Of a stretch of 64,000 nt of DNA, positions 45,301-57,632 are shown one piece after another. Made by a program: the position numbers and the translations under genes. The DNA is taken from contig CATNEN010000037.1 of the NCBI GenBank assembly GCA_950097015.1, positions 4,481,347-4,545,346 on the forward strand, given 5' to 3'. Source of the DNA: Macrostomum hystrix. Its lineage: Eukaryota; Animalia; Platyhelminthes. How positions within the stretch are numbered: the stretch's first letter is position 1; each line of letters starts with the position of its first letter. Under the pieces are notes generated by a model. That model was not told where the DNA came from. It made no database searches and worked only from the letters and a program-made list of their open reading frames with translations.

Positions 45301-48300
45301 GACACGGGCTAGTGACCCTGCCATCCCCTCATACGGGCGCCTCACCGTCAGATCCAGTCAAAACTGCAAGCTGACCGCCCTGAAAGCAGTGGCAAGCTTT
45401 GGGCTGGAATATCTACTACTGCTCATGCTTGCTGCTCACGATTGCTGCTCATGCCTGATGCTCATGCCAACCGCTCATGCTAACTGCTCATGATAGTTGC
45501 TCATGCTAAGTGCTCATGCCAACTGCTCATGTCAATTGCTCATGCTAACTGCTCATGATAACTGCTCATGCTCCCTGTTCATGCAAGCTACTCATGCTAG
45601 CTACTCATCAAAATTTGAGCTGAATCTCATCAGATGCACTTTTGCTCCAAAGTAGCCTACGAAGCAGCAGTGTTTGTCAACGGCCAGTACCCGACCCGCT
45701 CCGCAGGTTTGGTTCCAGAACCGGCGCAGCAAGGAGCGCCGAATGAAGCAGCTGAGCGCAATGGGCGCCAGGCGCGGCTTCTTCCGTAATCCGCGCCGAA
45801 TGCGGGCCCTTCGAGCCGGCATGGGGCCGGACGATATGGGCGACAGCGGCGAACTCTTGGCCTTCAGCTACTTCGGTGAGCGGCTCGGAGATTGCATTGG
45901 CGCTGCGATAAGATCCGCATAAGTATTTGGAATACTAGCGTTTAAACAAAAAACCAAAACTCTTTCTTAGAAAACCCGGAATTCTACAACGGCTACTCGC
46001 CAGTGTACCACCCCGGCGAGCACTTCTTCCATCCGGGCTCCGGGCCGCATTTTCCGCTGCCGCCCGGCGTTCAGGGACCGCCGATGGATCCCAGCATGCA
46101 CGGCGGTGAGTGTTTCCTGGAAAATTGATTAACGTAAAATTTCTCACCTCGAAACTTGTCGCCTACGAAAGTTCAAATCCCTGAAAGTTTTCAGCCCCTA
46201 AATTTCTCATTCCCCGATTTTGACAATTCACAGAATTCCAGAAATATTCTACTTATTAAAATTCGTAAATCAAAATTTAAGTTTATGTCTAGTGACAACC
46301 TGGCTTTCGATTTCTAATATTGTTCCTAGAATTTTATTTCTCATTTTAACAAAAAATTATACTTTAAAAAATCTGAAATTATCGATGACACCTGCACTCC
46401 TTTCTTTGTTTATCTCCGCCCCCACCCACACACGTGGGCCATTTAAGCTCTGGCTTCTCAACTCACCCACAACCAGAGACCAGCTGGGTCCCAACTGGGC
46501 CGAGGTGTTGCCCAACTCTGCTTATCAATCAATCCTAGGGTGGGAGGGCGGAGGTGGGGTGGAGGAAAAGAATCCCAAGTCCTATAGCACCTGGCGCACA
46601 ATGGTCGAATGTGAGACAAATTTTTGCCTCCCGTGTCCTAGCTAACCAAAGGGTTTCCTGCACAGTAGCTTTCTCAGTTCGTATTTGGCAAAGCCGATTA
46701 AATGTTTTGGGTGGAGCTTAGTTAGTCCCTCACTGACTATTGTGTAGATTTTTTCATTTATTTATTGTACTTTACGAGAATATAGTAGACATTTACACCT
46801 AACAAACCCCATTAGGGCAACATGCGCAGCTATTGTAAGAAGCTTCCAAAATACTATGTACAGGTGTTCAGTCCGTGGACAGGGGGGCGAACTCAAAACC
46901 TCTAAAGCCAAATTTTACTCTGGTTGCACACGCTTATAGTCACAGATCCCATTAACAGCGTCGGCTCGTGTATGTACCGATTTGAACCAAATTTGATTGT
47001 ACACAATGCACACTTGGCTTGGATTGACACTGGACTTGCGAGTTGTGTGTGTGTGTGTGTGGGGGAGCTCTTCCGCTTGATTACATCAAATGATGGAGAC
47101 CGTCTCACGGGACACTGCATACGGGGCTATAGACAGGCTGACCCTACTAGAAGGCTCCTTTCTCACTTGAAAGGAGACTCAACCTACTGGAGCCGTGTTT
47201 GTGAGCCTCAAAGAATATTTGAGCAGCCGAACTCACACGGCCAGCCCTGTCGCATTCCTTGATCGAGTCTGCTCCCGCTTGACTGGCCACAGACGCACAC
47301 ACTTCTGTTGGCATCACCCACACTGTGTGTGCCACTTTCTGTTCGCACTTGAAGCAATCCTTGAATCGTCCACACGCGTGCCGGAATATACGACAGCTTC
47401 CGCAGCAGACCATTGTCTTCTGCTGATCTAAAAATTTGGCATTTTTTAAAGAAATGCCAGCAATTCACAGTCAGCAAGCATTGAGAGGAGGCCTCAATTT
47501 CAGTGTTCTCTTCTTCCCTTACGGAAGCAACCATGGCAACAACACGCGTGCGCCAGTTGATGATGGACCCAGATTAGGATAAAAGAGGCCAGCGTCAGTG
47601 AATGCGCAACACAAACTTTGCATGCGCCGGTGAAACAGTTGGCGACAATATCTCAGGCCGGCCCTCTTGTTCATTTTTCTTCCTATATAAATCTTAGTTG
47701 TTCAGCATTGTCGAACAATAAGGAAGGCGTCGCGAACCCTAAACACACTGTCTGTTACTTTTCTTACCGTGTCAGCACAGGACAAATATTGCTTGTCCGG
47801 ACTGACCGGCCTAGAGGTGACAAATGTCTGTCACCTGTGCGAGCGGTCCATCCCCCGCCACACCAGACACCTCCTTCGAGCGCGCTGTTGTTGCAACATT
47901 CGCGCTATGCCGCCTTGTCAAAGCCCTCCTGCAGATGCTTATCAAGAGCTGCGGGGAGACCTCACGCTGCGTTGCCGTTACCCCCCCCCCACCGATACCC
48001 CGACAGATCCCAATGCTGGGATATCAGTGAAGTCCCCCGCACAATCGCTCTATGGACCCCTGATTTTCTTCATCACCTCCTTCTGCCGCTCTGGAATGCA
48101 AACTCACCACCCGGGGGTGCCAAAAGCCAACTGGTTGGAATGGCAGCTAACACACACACACGCACACACACGGCGGACAAAAACTGTGAAAAAGAAACAC
48201 GAGCCCGGAAGAAAATAGCGATGAACTAACTTACGAAGAAGCATCGGCTGGGGGGCTTCGATTGTCGTAAAACCTGTCACGCTACCCAAAGGCGCCGAAT

Positions 48301-48579
48301 AAGCAATGTACCGTCTACCTCCATTTTCACACCCACGCAGATGCGGCGCAGTTTTTCGGCCATCCCGACTTTCCGCCGGGCCTTCCGCCGCATCCGTATC
48401 TTCAGCAGCAGCAGCAGCACCCACCACCGCCGCCGCCTTCAATGGATCCAACCTCCAACGTCGTCGGCATGACGTCTGCGCCACCGCCACCGCCGCCACC
48501 GCCGCCTCCGCCACCGCCTCCATCATCGATGGCAGCGTCAGTCGCGGTCACGTCATCAGTTGCGAACGAGTCCTGGTGA
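36358..48579 (+). CDS. lhx1/5: LIM-homeobox transcription factor Lhx1/5 (Lim1), 568 aa. Exons 36358-36527, 37073-37356, 43338-44047, 45707-45875, 45971-46105, 48341-48579
   Basis: MVICAGC start, two LIM domains, homeodomain [47 protein letters not shown]|[16 protein letters not shown] (diagnostic of Lhx1/5), C-terminal NESW*. All junctions are GT-AG and in phase (1707 nt). The last two exons are less certain. Confidence 0.93.
36680..37000. repeat. Pyrimidine-rich minisatellite in Lhx1/5 intron 1
   Basis: TTCCCTCTCCTCTCT(CT)TCTCA(A/T) units. Confidence 0.85.
37545..37815. repeat. 19-21-bp minisatellite
   Basis: ATCCGCCCC(C)AGATAGATAA. Confidence 0.9.
38810..39320. repeat. Degenerate AAAGATCCC minisatellite
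   Basis: TAAAGATCCCGWTTT units, later a 26-bp TTTAGAGTCCGTTTAAAGATCCCGA-type unit. Confidence 0.8.
40250..41175. repeat. Compound satellite: 10-bp GTCAGTGAGA family followed by 14-bp GTCAGGGACAGAGA
   Basis: Direct inspection; explains ORFs 40753-41190 and 40793-41194. Confidence 0.95.
45420..45605. repeat. 13-bp minisatellite
   Basis: TGCTCATGCYAAC about 13 times. Confidence 0.85.
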
Positions 48580-51500
48580 TGCGTCCGGCCCCAATTCTCA
48601 GATCCCAGCCGAAAGCAGACCACAGGAATGCATGTTTTTTCTCTCTCCGATTTTCCTCTTAACAACCAGCCTGCCGAAATGGAACCTAGCCCATATATGC
48701 TGCGAATTTGGTCGTGTGATATTAACTCTTCTGTTGTAGCTGTAACCCGCTTAGCTAACACACGCATACACGCAGCCCTATTGGTTTAAACCAGCAGCTC
48801 AGTTTGAGAATGCTAAATCAATCGCGCCCTGGCACAATGAAATCGTTGCTTGTAGCTCTTGTGTTAGAATTAATTAGAGGCCTGTTGGAAGCGCTACGAG
48901 TATCGAGTATATGTTGCACTTTAGCTTTTCTGCTTTGTGTGGGATCAGCGTCTTTAACCCTATACTGTTTCACCGACAAGGCGTCCTAAGGCGCTATTTT
49001 CTCTGTGCGGGCTTGCGGCAATAGGAAAATGCAAATGTTTGCTTTATTTCTACTAAAAATTAGTAGTACACATCGGATCTATTTGCTCTGCTCCTTTGAT
49101 ATTGTGCGTTTTTTTAACTAAAATTTACCTGATGACCTAGAATATGACCTGACCTCATCCGGACCTCTTCTATTTTCTACATTAAAATTACTTTACAACA
49201 ATGTCCCGCCTCTATCAACTGGTGTATATATTTTATTTGCAGGACAGACTAAACTACGAGTAGAAAGAACAGGAATATAACATTGCCGAAGCACTTTAGA
49301 GATGCATACAAATGATAAATTAAAGCCAAAAACAAAGCATTGCGTCTGATTGGCTAATAGATCAGCCAGCCAATCAGAGGGGTAGAGAAAAAGTTGTGGC
49401 AGTCGGAAATGGAGTGAGACGGTGCAATGTACATACAATCGGAAAGTACGCAACACATCTGTATTTACGTTGTAAATAAGTAATGCTAATGATATTCTTA
49501 TTCTTATTACCGATCTATTAAAAATATCAATGCATCTCTAGCGTGTTTCCCATAATATAGCGTCAAGAAGGTTAATTTCATTAAAACAAAAAGAGATCTA
49601 TCGTTCTTTTCTGTTTACCGATCAGAAAAGTCCCTTCGGCATGACGTCAGAATTTTTTATAAAACGCATACCAAATTAATTGAATTAAAGCAAGGCTCGT
49701 TTCATTATTTTTCATTGTCTGATAGGATTCTGTCGACTGTTCAATTTGCTCTATTACTTTTTTGAATGTAAAAAAGTGTAAAACTGATTTGATTATGTAT
49801 ACAAACATCTATTTATATTTAAATCTGTATTAACTAATTCGAGAACAATATCGTATTCACAAAGCAAAATAGTTAAATATACACAATTTGTTTGTGAGCC
49901 CTAGCACTTAACACACAATTGCACTCGAGTCTAAAGTACAATCTCGCAAACAGCGCTTGGTCTTCTGTTTTTTTTTTAATTCTGCAACACTAATTATCAT
50001 ACGGTAAGATAATGTCACGATTTGCCTTCGAGATTGGCTGCGACCCAAACGAATGCAGATTCGAGCTCAGGACCTCGGTGGGTTACGCCCAGCCACTCAT
50101 CCCCATGTAGTTATGAAAAACTGCTCAGTCTACTCAGTGTTTGACTCAAGAGTCAAAGAGTCAAATGATTTGTTTTAAAACAAGACCATTTTGAACTTCT
50201 GACCTCTTCGCAATGCTAATACAAACTTTGCCACTATTAGAGCAATGACGGCCGTCTTAAAAAAAACGAAAATTGTACAGACTAATCCGCTGCCTGATCA
50301 GCTCAGTGTTTGCCACCGTCGCGAGAGAAGGCGCTAGAAGACTTCAGGGATTGGGAGCTGCGGCAGGAAGCTGGGCCTGCGGCATCCGTGGCATTTCAAC
50401 AGAGAGAAGACTGGCTGCAAGAGCGAGCTCAGGGGCTGGCCATGTTTGCAAACGCTAAGTTGTCGGCTGAGCAGGATGTTTGAGCTGGGCCAAGGCTCTT
50501 GAAGAGTGAAAGTTTGATGTGCTCAGTTTCTGGCTGGCTTGCTTGCATTGCGGAGTGTGGACTTGGCTGGCTGGGGGGACACCAAAAGGAGTGAGATGGG
50601 GTTGAAAGAGAGCAAGCAAGCCGTTGCAGGCGCGCCATTCTTGCCTCATATTTTCCCTGGTGCCAGCGGGATAAACTGTGGATTTCGCTAAAGGGTAACG
50701 GAATGGGAGGTGAGCAAATTCAAGGCAAACTAGAGCATGCTCACTACGCTTGGTCAAGGAGTCTCTCACACACTACCTGAGCAGTCTGCTCATTGTTGAC
50801 GCGTTGAATTATTTAGTTGGGTTGGCTTCGCAACACAAGACGCTTGCCCCGTATTGATGGTGGAAATTTGGGCCATGAGATTAAATTCCAGCAACTTTAA
50901 GTCAGTTTAAGACAGGCTTTAAAAGGCATCCTTTGCTAGGTCTGCACCGTATATTGGGCTTCGAATTTTTACCTTTCCTTTTACTTAACTAGCAGCGTCT
51001 CCGTGGCCTGTGTTTGGACTGGCACCCAGCAGCTGCTGCAGTCTCTTGGCCCCACCCGCCTCCCCCTTCAGCGCCTCTCTTGGTCTCTCACTCGCTGATG
51101 CAGAATCCTGACACAGGCCACACTGCTCTGCTTTTCCTACTCTCGCCACACTCTACCCTCCTCTCCGCCTGCTCTGCCAGCTGGGCGGCTTCTCACAGAA
51201 GCTCTAGGGAGGCGACGTTGCGGGAGAAAGCTTTGCGTGTGGCAACTCGATCGGCGTTCCCCGGCGGGATCAGCCAGATAGAAAGGCGAGCAGAAGTCTG
51301 TCGTCTCGCTCATGTCGGCTCCGCAAAACTGATAAGGCGGGGGGGAGGCGGGGTGGACTGCCGTGGAAGCGCAGATCTTTAGAAGAATCCGACAGTTTTT
51401 CTGTGGCAGTGTTTTTTTTCAAGGGTGATTCAAACCTTGCCGACTACCGCTGCAGAGACGAAAGATTTGAAGTGTGTGTGTGTGTGTGCGTGTGTGCTCT

Positions 51501-53404
51501 CTACAAGAGGCCGGCACAAATCTCAGCCGTCTCTTCTCTCCCCATTTCCTCTCTCCCTTCTCTCGCTCAAGTTTGCTGAAGTTTTCGGCAAACAGGGATG
51601 GACAAGTGGAAGAGAGTCTAGGGCGTTAGCCGCACAGAATACAGCTGTGGAATGTTCTGGTCGTAACAGCAGTAACCGGGCCAGAAGTTTAACACCCTCA
51701 AACACGACCTGATCAGTGGCTGAGATGCAGTCCTCACTATAGCTCCCAGCCGTCTTGCGTTAGTGTGAAATCCAAATCCAGCAGTTGCTACAGCGTGGCG
51801 GTAAAATAGTTTTTCAATTAATTTTCCATTGAAGAGGCGTCGAGAACGAGTGAGAGTCTCAACAATGCCCTCAGCTAAAACAAAAAATCTGAGCTGCTCT
51901 GCCTCAAATCTCACCTCGACAGCAGCAGTTGGCCTCAACAAGTCTGGGCTCCCAGCACAAGCGGCAGGCTAAGGGATTTAAGCTCTGGGTCAGAAGGATT
52001 TGGAACGTGACCAGAAGCCAAAGCCGGTGCATTGTGCATTGTTATGCGAAATGCATGCCGTTGCAGCAGAGCTTTCTTAATCTATGCATTGCAGAGGCAG
52101 CAATCAATTGTTGGTGTTTTTTCATTGATGTTTCTTGGGCTTGAGAAATAGGACCACTGCTTCTTCAATCTTATTTACGGTGGTGTGTATAAAATGGGAT
52201 AAAACTGGAGCGTGCTAAGCAACTCTTCTTAAACTCTTTCTAATATGCAAGGTGGATGGGGCCCGGTAAGATGGGGAGCCAGGTGAGTTTGAGAAGTGGT
52301 TCGTCAAAGACTATTGAGCAGTTTTTTTTGTGGACGAGAAATAAGGAAAAATATAGAGCAAAAAATCGATTTGGGATGCACAGTAATGGGAGTTTTGGAG
52401 CTGGACTAAACGCACTCACACACACACGTGCTGAACTAGATTGAGGGACAACATAAGCTCTACGACTGATTGAAAATTAACATTTCCGAGAGTTGTTTGG
52501 GATTTTTAATAAACAGAAATATCTGTTTCTACCTGCTAATAGAGGAAGAGCCACAATGCCCGGTGACCCAGCGGATAGGCAGAAACAAAAGGAATAATTT
52601 TTCCGCTGCCGCCGCTGCTGCTGATTTTCCGCAAGCCCGCCTCACCGGTCCCTCAGCAGGGGGGATTTCGTGGGCTGCGCAGACAAGGGGGGATTTTGTT
52701 CGGGGAGGGGACTCTGATCCCAATCCGAGAAGGATGCCGGACGAGTGGGATCCTCACTGGTCAGCCGAGCTCCGCCCTGCCTGAGGCCTCGATAATCCCA
52801 CCTACCCCCTTCTCCCGTGGGAGACCGAGCTGCGAACTGCTGGGGAAGAATCTGCCTTCCCGCTAAATCCCAGGGATTCGCCGGCACTGCTTTCATAATA
52901 TGCCTAATCCCGCTCGGCCCCGACACTCCCCACTGCATCCTCTGGAAAGTGTGACCAAAACACAGAGACGCACACACACACTCTATATTAGGAAATCGGG
53001 TTGCTATTGTCGCCGGCACCTATTTTCCGGTGTGAGTAGCTGATTAGAGCCAATGCAACCCGTCATTCAATGGGATTCTAATTCGCCTTTTTTCAAAGAA
53101 GTATGAGCAAGGAATAATTCCTCAAAAGAGGCGAGCGGAGGGAAAGGGATCCCTTGTTTTTTTCACCCCTTCCCTTGTGGCTCAGATTCTGTGCCGCATC
53201 AGCTGGGCCTACAGAGGGGAGTTTTATCCCTAGCGAACGTACTCGAAAATATCCCCGTTTTCTGCGGGGGAACGCCATTTTCTCAGCTGGTCATCAAAGA
53301 TGGGGCTTCGGATAAATCCTCCTTTGAGTACTATTTTGATGTTAATATACAACTCTGTAATTATTTCATACTATTACTAGAGCTATATTTTCTATCCTTT
53401 CTTT

Positions 53405-54475
53405 CCGTCTGTTCTATCCTGTCTGTTCTATCCTGTCTGTTCTATCCTGTCTGTTCTATCCTGTCTGTTCTATCCTGTCTGTTCTATCCTGTCTGTTCTA
53501 TCCTGTCTGTTCAATCCTGTCTGTTCAATCCTGTCTGTTCTATCCTGCCTGTTCTATCCTTTCTGTTCTATCCTGTCTGTTCTATCCTGTCTGTTCTATC
53601 CTTTCTGTTCTATCCTGTCTGTTCTGTCCTGTCTGTTCTATCCTGTCTGTTCTATCCTGTCTGTTCTATCCTGTCTGTTCTATCCTGTCTGTTCTATCCT
53701 GTCTGTTCTGTCCTGTCTGTTCTATCCTGTCTGTTCTATCCTGTCTTTTCTGTCTTGTCCTGTTCTATCCTGTCTGTTCTATCCTGTCTGTTCTATCCTG
53801 TCTGTTCTATCCTTTCTGTTCTATCCTGTCTGTTCTGTCTTGTCCTGTTCTATCCTGTCTGTTCTATCCTGTCTGTTCTATCCTGTCTGTTCTATCCTGT
53901 CTGTTCTATCCTGTCTGTTCTATCCTGTCTGTTCTATCCTGTCTGTTCTATCCTGTCTGTTCTATCCTGTCTGTTCTATCCTTTCTGTTCTATCCTGTCT
54001 GTTCTGTCCTGTCTGTTCTATCCTGTCTGTTCTATCCTTTCTGTTCTATCCTGTCTGTTCTATCCTGTCTGTTCAATCCTGTCTGTTCTATCCTGTCTGT
54101 TCAATCCTGTCTGTTCAATCCTGTCTGTTCAATCCTGTCTGTTCAATCCTGTCTGTTCTATCCTGTCTGTTCAATCCTGTCTGTTCTATCCTGTCTGTTC
54201 TATCCTGTCTGTTCTATCCTGTCTTTTCTGTCTTGTCCTGTTCTATCCTGTCTGTTCTATCCTGTCTTTTCTGTCTTGTCCTGTTCTATCCTGTCTGTTC
54301 TATCCTGTCTGTTCTATCCTGTCTTTTCTGTCTTGTCCTGTTCTATCCTGTCTGTTCTATCCTGTCTTTTCTGTCTTGTCCTGTTCTATCCTGTCTGTTC
54401 TATCCTGTCTTTTCTGTCTTGTCCTGTTCTATCCTGTCTGTTCTATCCTGTCTTTTCTGTCTTGTCCTGTTCTAT
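53405..54475. repeat. 14-bp minisatellite
   Basis: TGTCTGTTCTATCC about 70 times, with longer variants; explains ORF 53191-54534. Confidence 0.95.
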
Positions 54476-55478
54476 TAGCGACTTTGTTGATGAGTATACT
54501 TCCATCTCTAACCTTTGCGACACTACTGAATTGACTTCTGCACTTTAAGCGAGAGCAAAGTAGCCAAAAAGCTGCTTTCCAAATCTCAGATTTTAGCGTT
54601 GTATCTGATCCCTTTTCAATTGTTCTCCCTGCTCCCTCCTCCACCACTGATCGAGGGATTAAATCCCGTGTATTCATTGCGTTGACGAACCTGCTGCTGC
54701 CGCCTCGCTACAGCCTAGCCAATGAGCTGTCACACTCCACAAGCTATTCTTTTGTCTTTCTTCAATCCTTCCCCGCGGTCCAGCCAAATCCCCCTGCCCC
54801 GCCTCACCTCCACTTTCGCGCCCCACTGACTCGATAGAAAGGTCACAGATGGGCTGAGTGTGTACTCGATTCCCCTCCTCACCCCCAACTCCCCGAAGGC
54901 CCTCGGGGGACCCGGCGCGCACCTTGACTATTGAGAAGAATATAAGTAAAATAGAGGGTATAAAATAGAATTAGAAGAATAAATCCACACACACACACAG
55001 CAGCAGCAGCAGCGGTGGCGGCAGTTTGTGTGTGTGTGTGTCTGACCAGCGAACCGAGTTGCCCTTCAGCCCCCAGCCACGCCTCACTGAATCCGGGATT
55101 TTGTCGATCGAGTGGCCCTGCTCGGCCCCTGTCTCCCTCTATCTATCCCCTCCCCCTATTGGGATTATTCTCCCATTCGTAGTGGTCCGAGCCGTGTTTG
55201 TGACGTCACACATAGCCGCTGCCAGACTGAGGATTATGAACTCAAAGACGGGAGCCAGAAATGCGAATAAAAAGATTTTTCGAGAGTCCTCTGGAATCTG
55301 GCGGCCCAGTTAGAGTGTTCCTCGCGATCAGATGCCGCCCTGCAATGCCACCAATGACTCGTGTAAATTGTCTACTTTTACGGCGATAATCTGAATGCTA
55401 ATGGCCAATTAGTAAATCATACAACCTGTATCTTCATATATTTGAATATATTGTGGCGCTCCAGCAACACGATTAATT

Positions 55479-55796
55479 AAGGCGGTCGGTGGCAGAGCGG
55501 TTAACGCGTTTGCCTCTCGCACCACGGTCCCTAAGTTTGACTTCACGGCGAGGCCACATTTATTTGGGGCGCAGCCGCGGAGAAAAGGCTTGGTGGCTTG
55601 TCGTGCAATTTACGCTCTTGAGGGCCACATGGAAGTGTACACTGCCTGACGATGAGAAACTCAGGGCAGATGTACACACCTGTGTGAGTGTGTGCTCAGG
55701 AGTCAGCGAAATGTGCAGAACTGCCTCCTCGCTGGCTGCGGGTCTAGTGTCACTAAATGATGTGCCATTGCCCGCAGTCCTCCTGCAATTATTATT
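55479..55796 (+). mobile_element. Full-length tRNA-derived SINE (family A) with 13-bp TSD
   Basis: TSD AACACGATTAATT (55466-55478; 55797-55809); A box TGGCAGAGCGG, B-box-like AGTTTGACT; (ATT)n tail; second copy at 25890-26270. Confidence 0.85.
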
Positions 55797-55809
55797 AACA
55801 CGATTAATT

Positions 55810-55930
55810 CTAAATCGGCTTATTTTGTCCAGCTTTAGGGAAATCTAGGTGGGTGTGGCGGACTTCCCAGTCCATGGACTGAACAGCTGTACACAGCATT
55901 CGGATGCTCCTCGCAACTTTCTGCCACAAT
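55810..55930 (+). mobile_element. SINE family B 3' fragment
   Basis: GGTGGGTGTGGCGGACTTCCCAGTCCATGGACTGAACAGCTGTAC matches 5016-5050 (reverse complement) and 25785-25825. Confidence 0.55.
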
Positions 55931-56042
55931 AACTCTTGGGTGCTGCAGCCCGAGTCTGCTGGTTTGCACCTAATCTTTTAGAGGAATCTTGCAGCTTCGA
56001 AATTAAGTGTCCAGCTCACACTGAAGAGAAGACCTGACAGCC

Positions 56043-56043
<1 letters not shown>

Positions 56044-56080
<37 letters not shown>
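56044..56080. repeat. (CTG)12 microsatellite
   Basis: Direct inspection. Confidence 0.9.
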
Positions 56081-56081
<1 letters not shown>

Positions 56082-56369
56082 TTCTTGGCTCAGTGATTTC
56101 TGCTCATGAGCTCATCTCGTCCCATTCCTTTCCCGAAATCTTATCAGTCGATGCAACAGTGGATACGGGCTCGAGATCTGAATGAGACAGGAACTGGGAG
56201 AGAAAGATTGGACTAGAGCAGAAATGATGAAGAAAAATTAATGAGCGGCCAATTCTGAGATTCCACTTTACAAATGCAAACTGTTCGGTAATTCAGGATT
56301 TAGGAAATGAGAAACTCATTTGTGCTCAGGTCTTTGTTGGCGTAAGAATCTAATGCCTGCTCAGGTCTT

Positions 56370-57632
56370 CACAGGCTTGAGAGTATCATGTCTCATATCC
56401 TCACTGGCTTGAGAATCTCACGTCTTAGATCCACACAGGCATGAGAATCTCACGTCTCAGATCCACACAGGCATGAGAATCTCATGTCTCAGATCCTCAC
56501 AGGCTTGAGAATCTCATGTCTCAGATCCTCACTAGCTTGAGAATCATATGTCTCAGATTCTCACAGGCTTGAGAATCTCATGTCTAAGATCCTCACAGGC
56601 ATGAGAATCTCATGTCTCAGATCCTCACAGGCATGAGAATCTCATGTCTCAGATCCTCACTAGCTTGAGAATCATATGTCTCAGATCCTCACAGGCTTGA
56701 GAATCTCATGTCTCAGATCCTCACAGGCATGAGAATCTCATGTCTCAAGATCTTCACTGGCTTGAGAATCTCACGTCTTAGATCCACACAGGCATGAGAA
56801 TCTCATGTCTCATATCCTCACAAGCTTGAGAATCACATGTCTCAGATCCTCACAAGCTTGAGAATCTTATGTCTCAGATCTTCACAAGCTTGAGAATCTC
56901 ATGTCTCAGATCCTCACAGGCATGAGAATCTCATGTCTCAGATCTTCACAAGCTTGAGAATCTCATGTCTCAGATCCTCACAGGCATGAGAATCTCATGT
57001 CTCAGATCTTCACAAGCTTGAAAACCTCATGTCTCAGATCCTCACAGGCTTGAGAATCTCATGTCTCAGATCCACACAGGCATGAGAATCTCATGTCTCA
57101 GATCCTCACAGGCATGAGAATCTCATGTCTCAGATCCACACAGGCATGAGAATCTCATGTCTCAGATCCTCACAGGCATGAGAATCTTAAGTCTCAGATC
57201 CTCACAGGCATGAGAATCTCATGTCTCAGATCCTCACAGGCATGAGAATCTCATGTCTCAGATCCTCACTGGCATGAGAATCTCAAGTCTCAGATCCTCA
57301 CAGGCATGAGAATCTCATGTCTCAGATCCTCACAGGCATGAGAATCTCATGTCTCAGATCCTCACAGGCATGAGAATCTCATGTCTCAGATCCTCACAGG
57401 CATGAGAATCTCAAGTCTTAGATCTTCACAAGCTTGAGAATCTCATGTCTCAGATCCTCACAGGCATGAGAATCTCAAGTCTCAGATCCTCACAGACATG
57501 AGAATCTCATGTCTCAGATCCTCACAGGCATGAGAATCTCATGTCTCAGATCCTCACAGGCATGAGAATCTCATGTCTCAGATCCTCACAGGCATGAGAA
57601 TCTCAAGTCTTAGATCTTCACAAGCTTGAGAA
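56370..57632. repeat. 32-bp minisatellite
   Basis: CATGAGAATCTCATGTCTCAGATCCTCACAGG about 39 times. Confidence 0.95.

Noticed and set aside
55481-55555. Possible tRNA gene
   Set aside because: It is the head of a SINE with a body, tail, TSD and a second diverged copy; no convincing cloverleaf.
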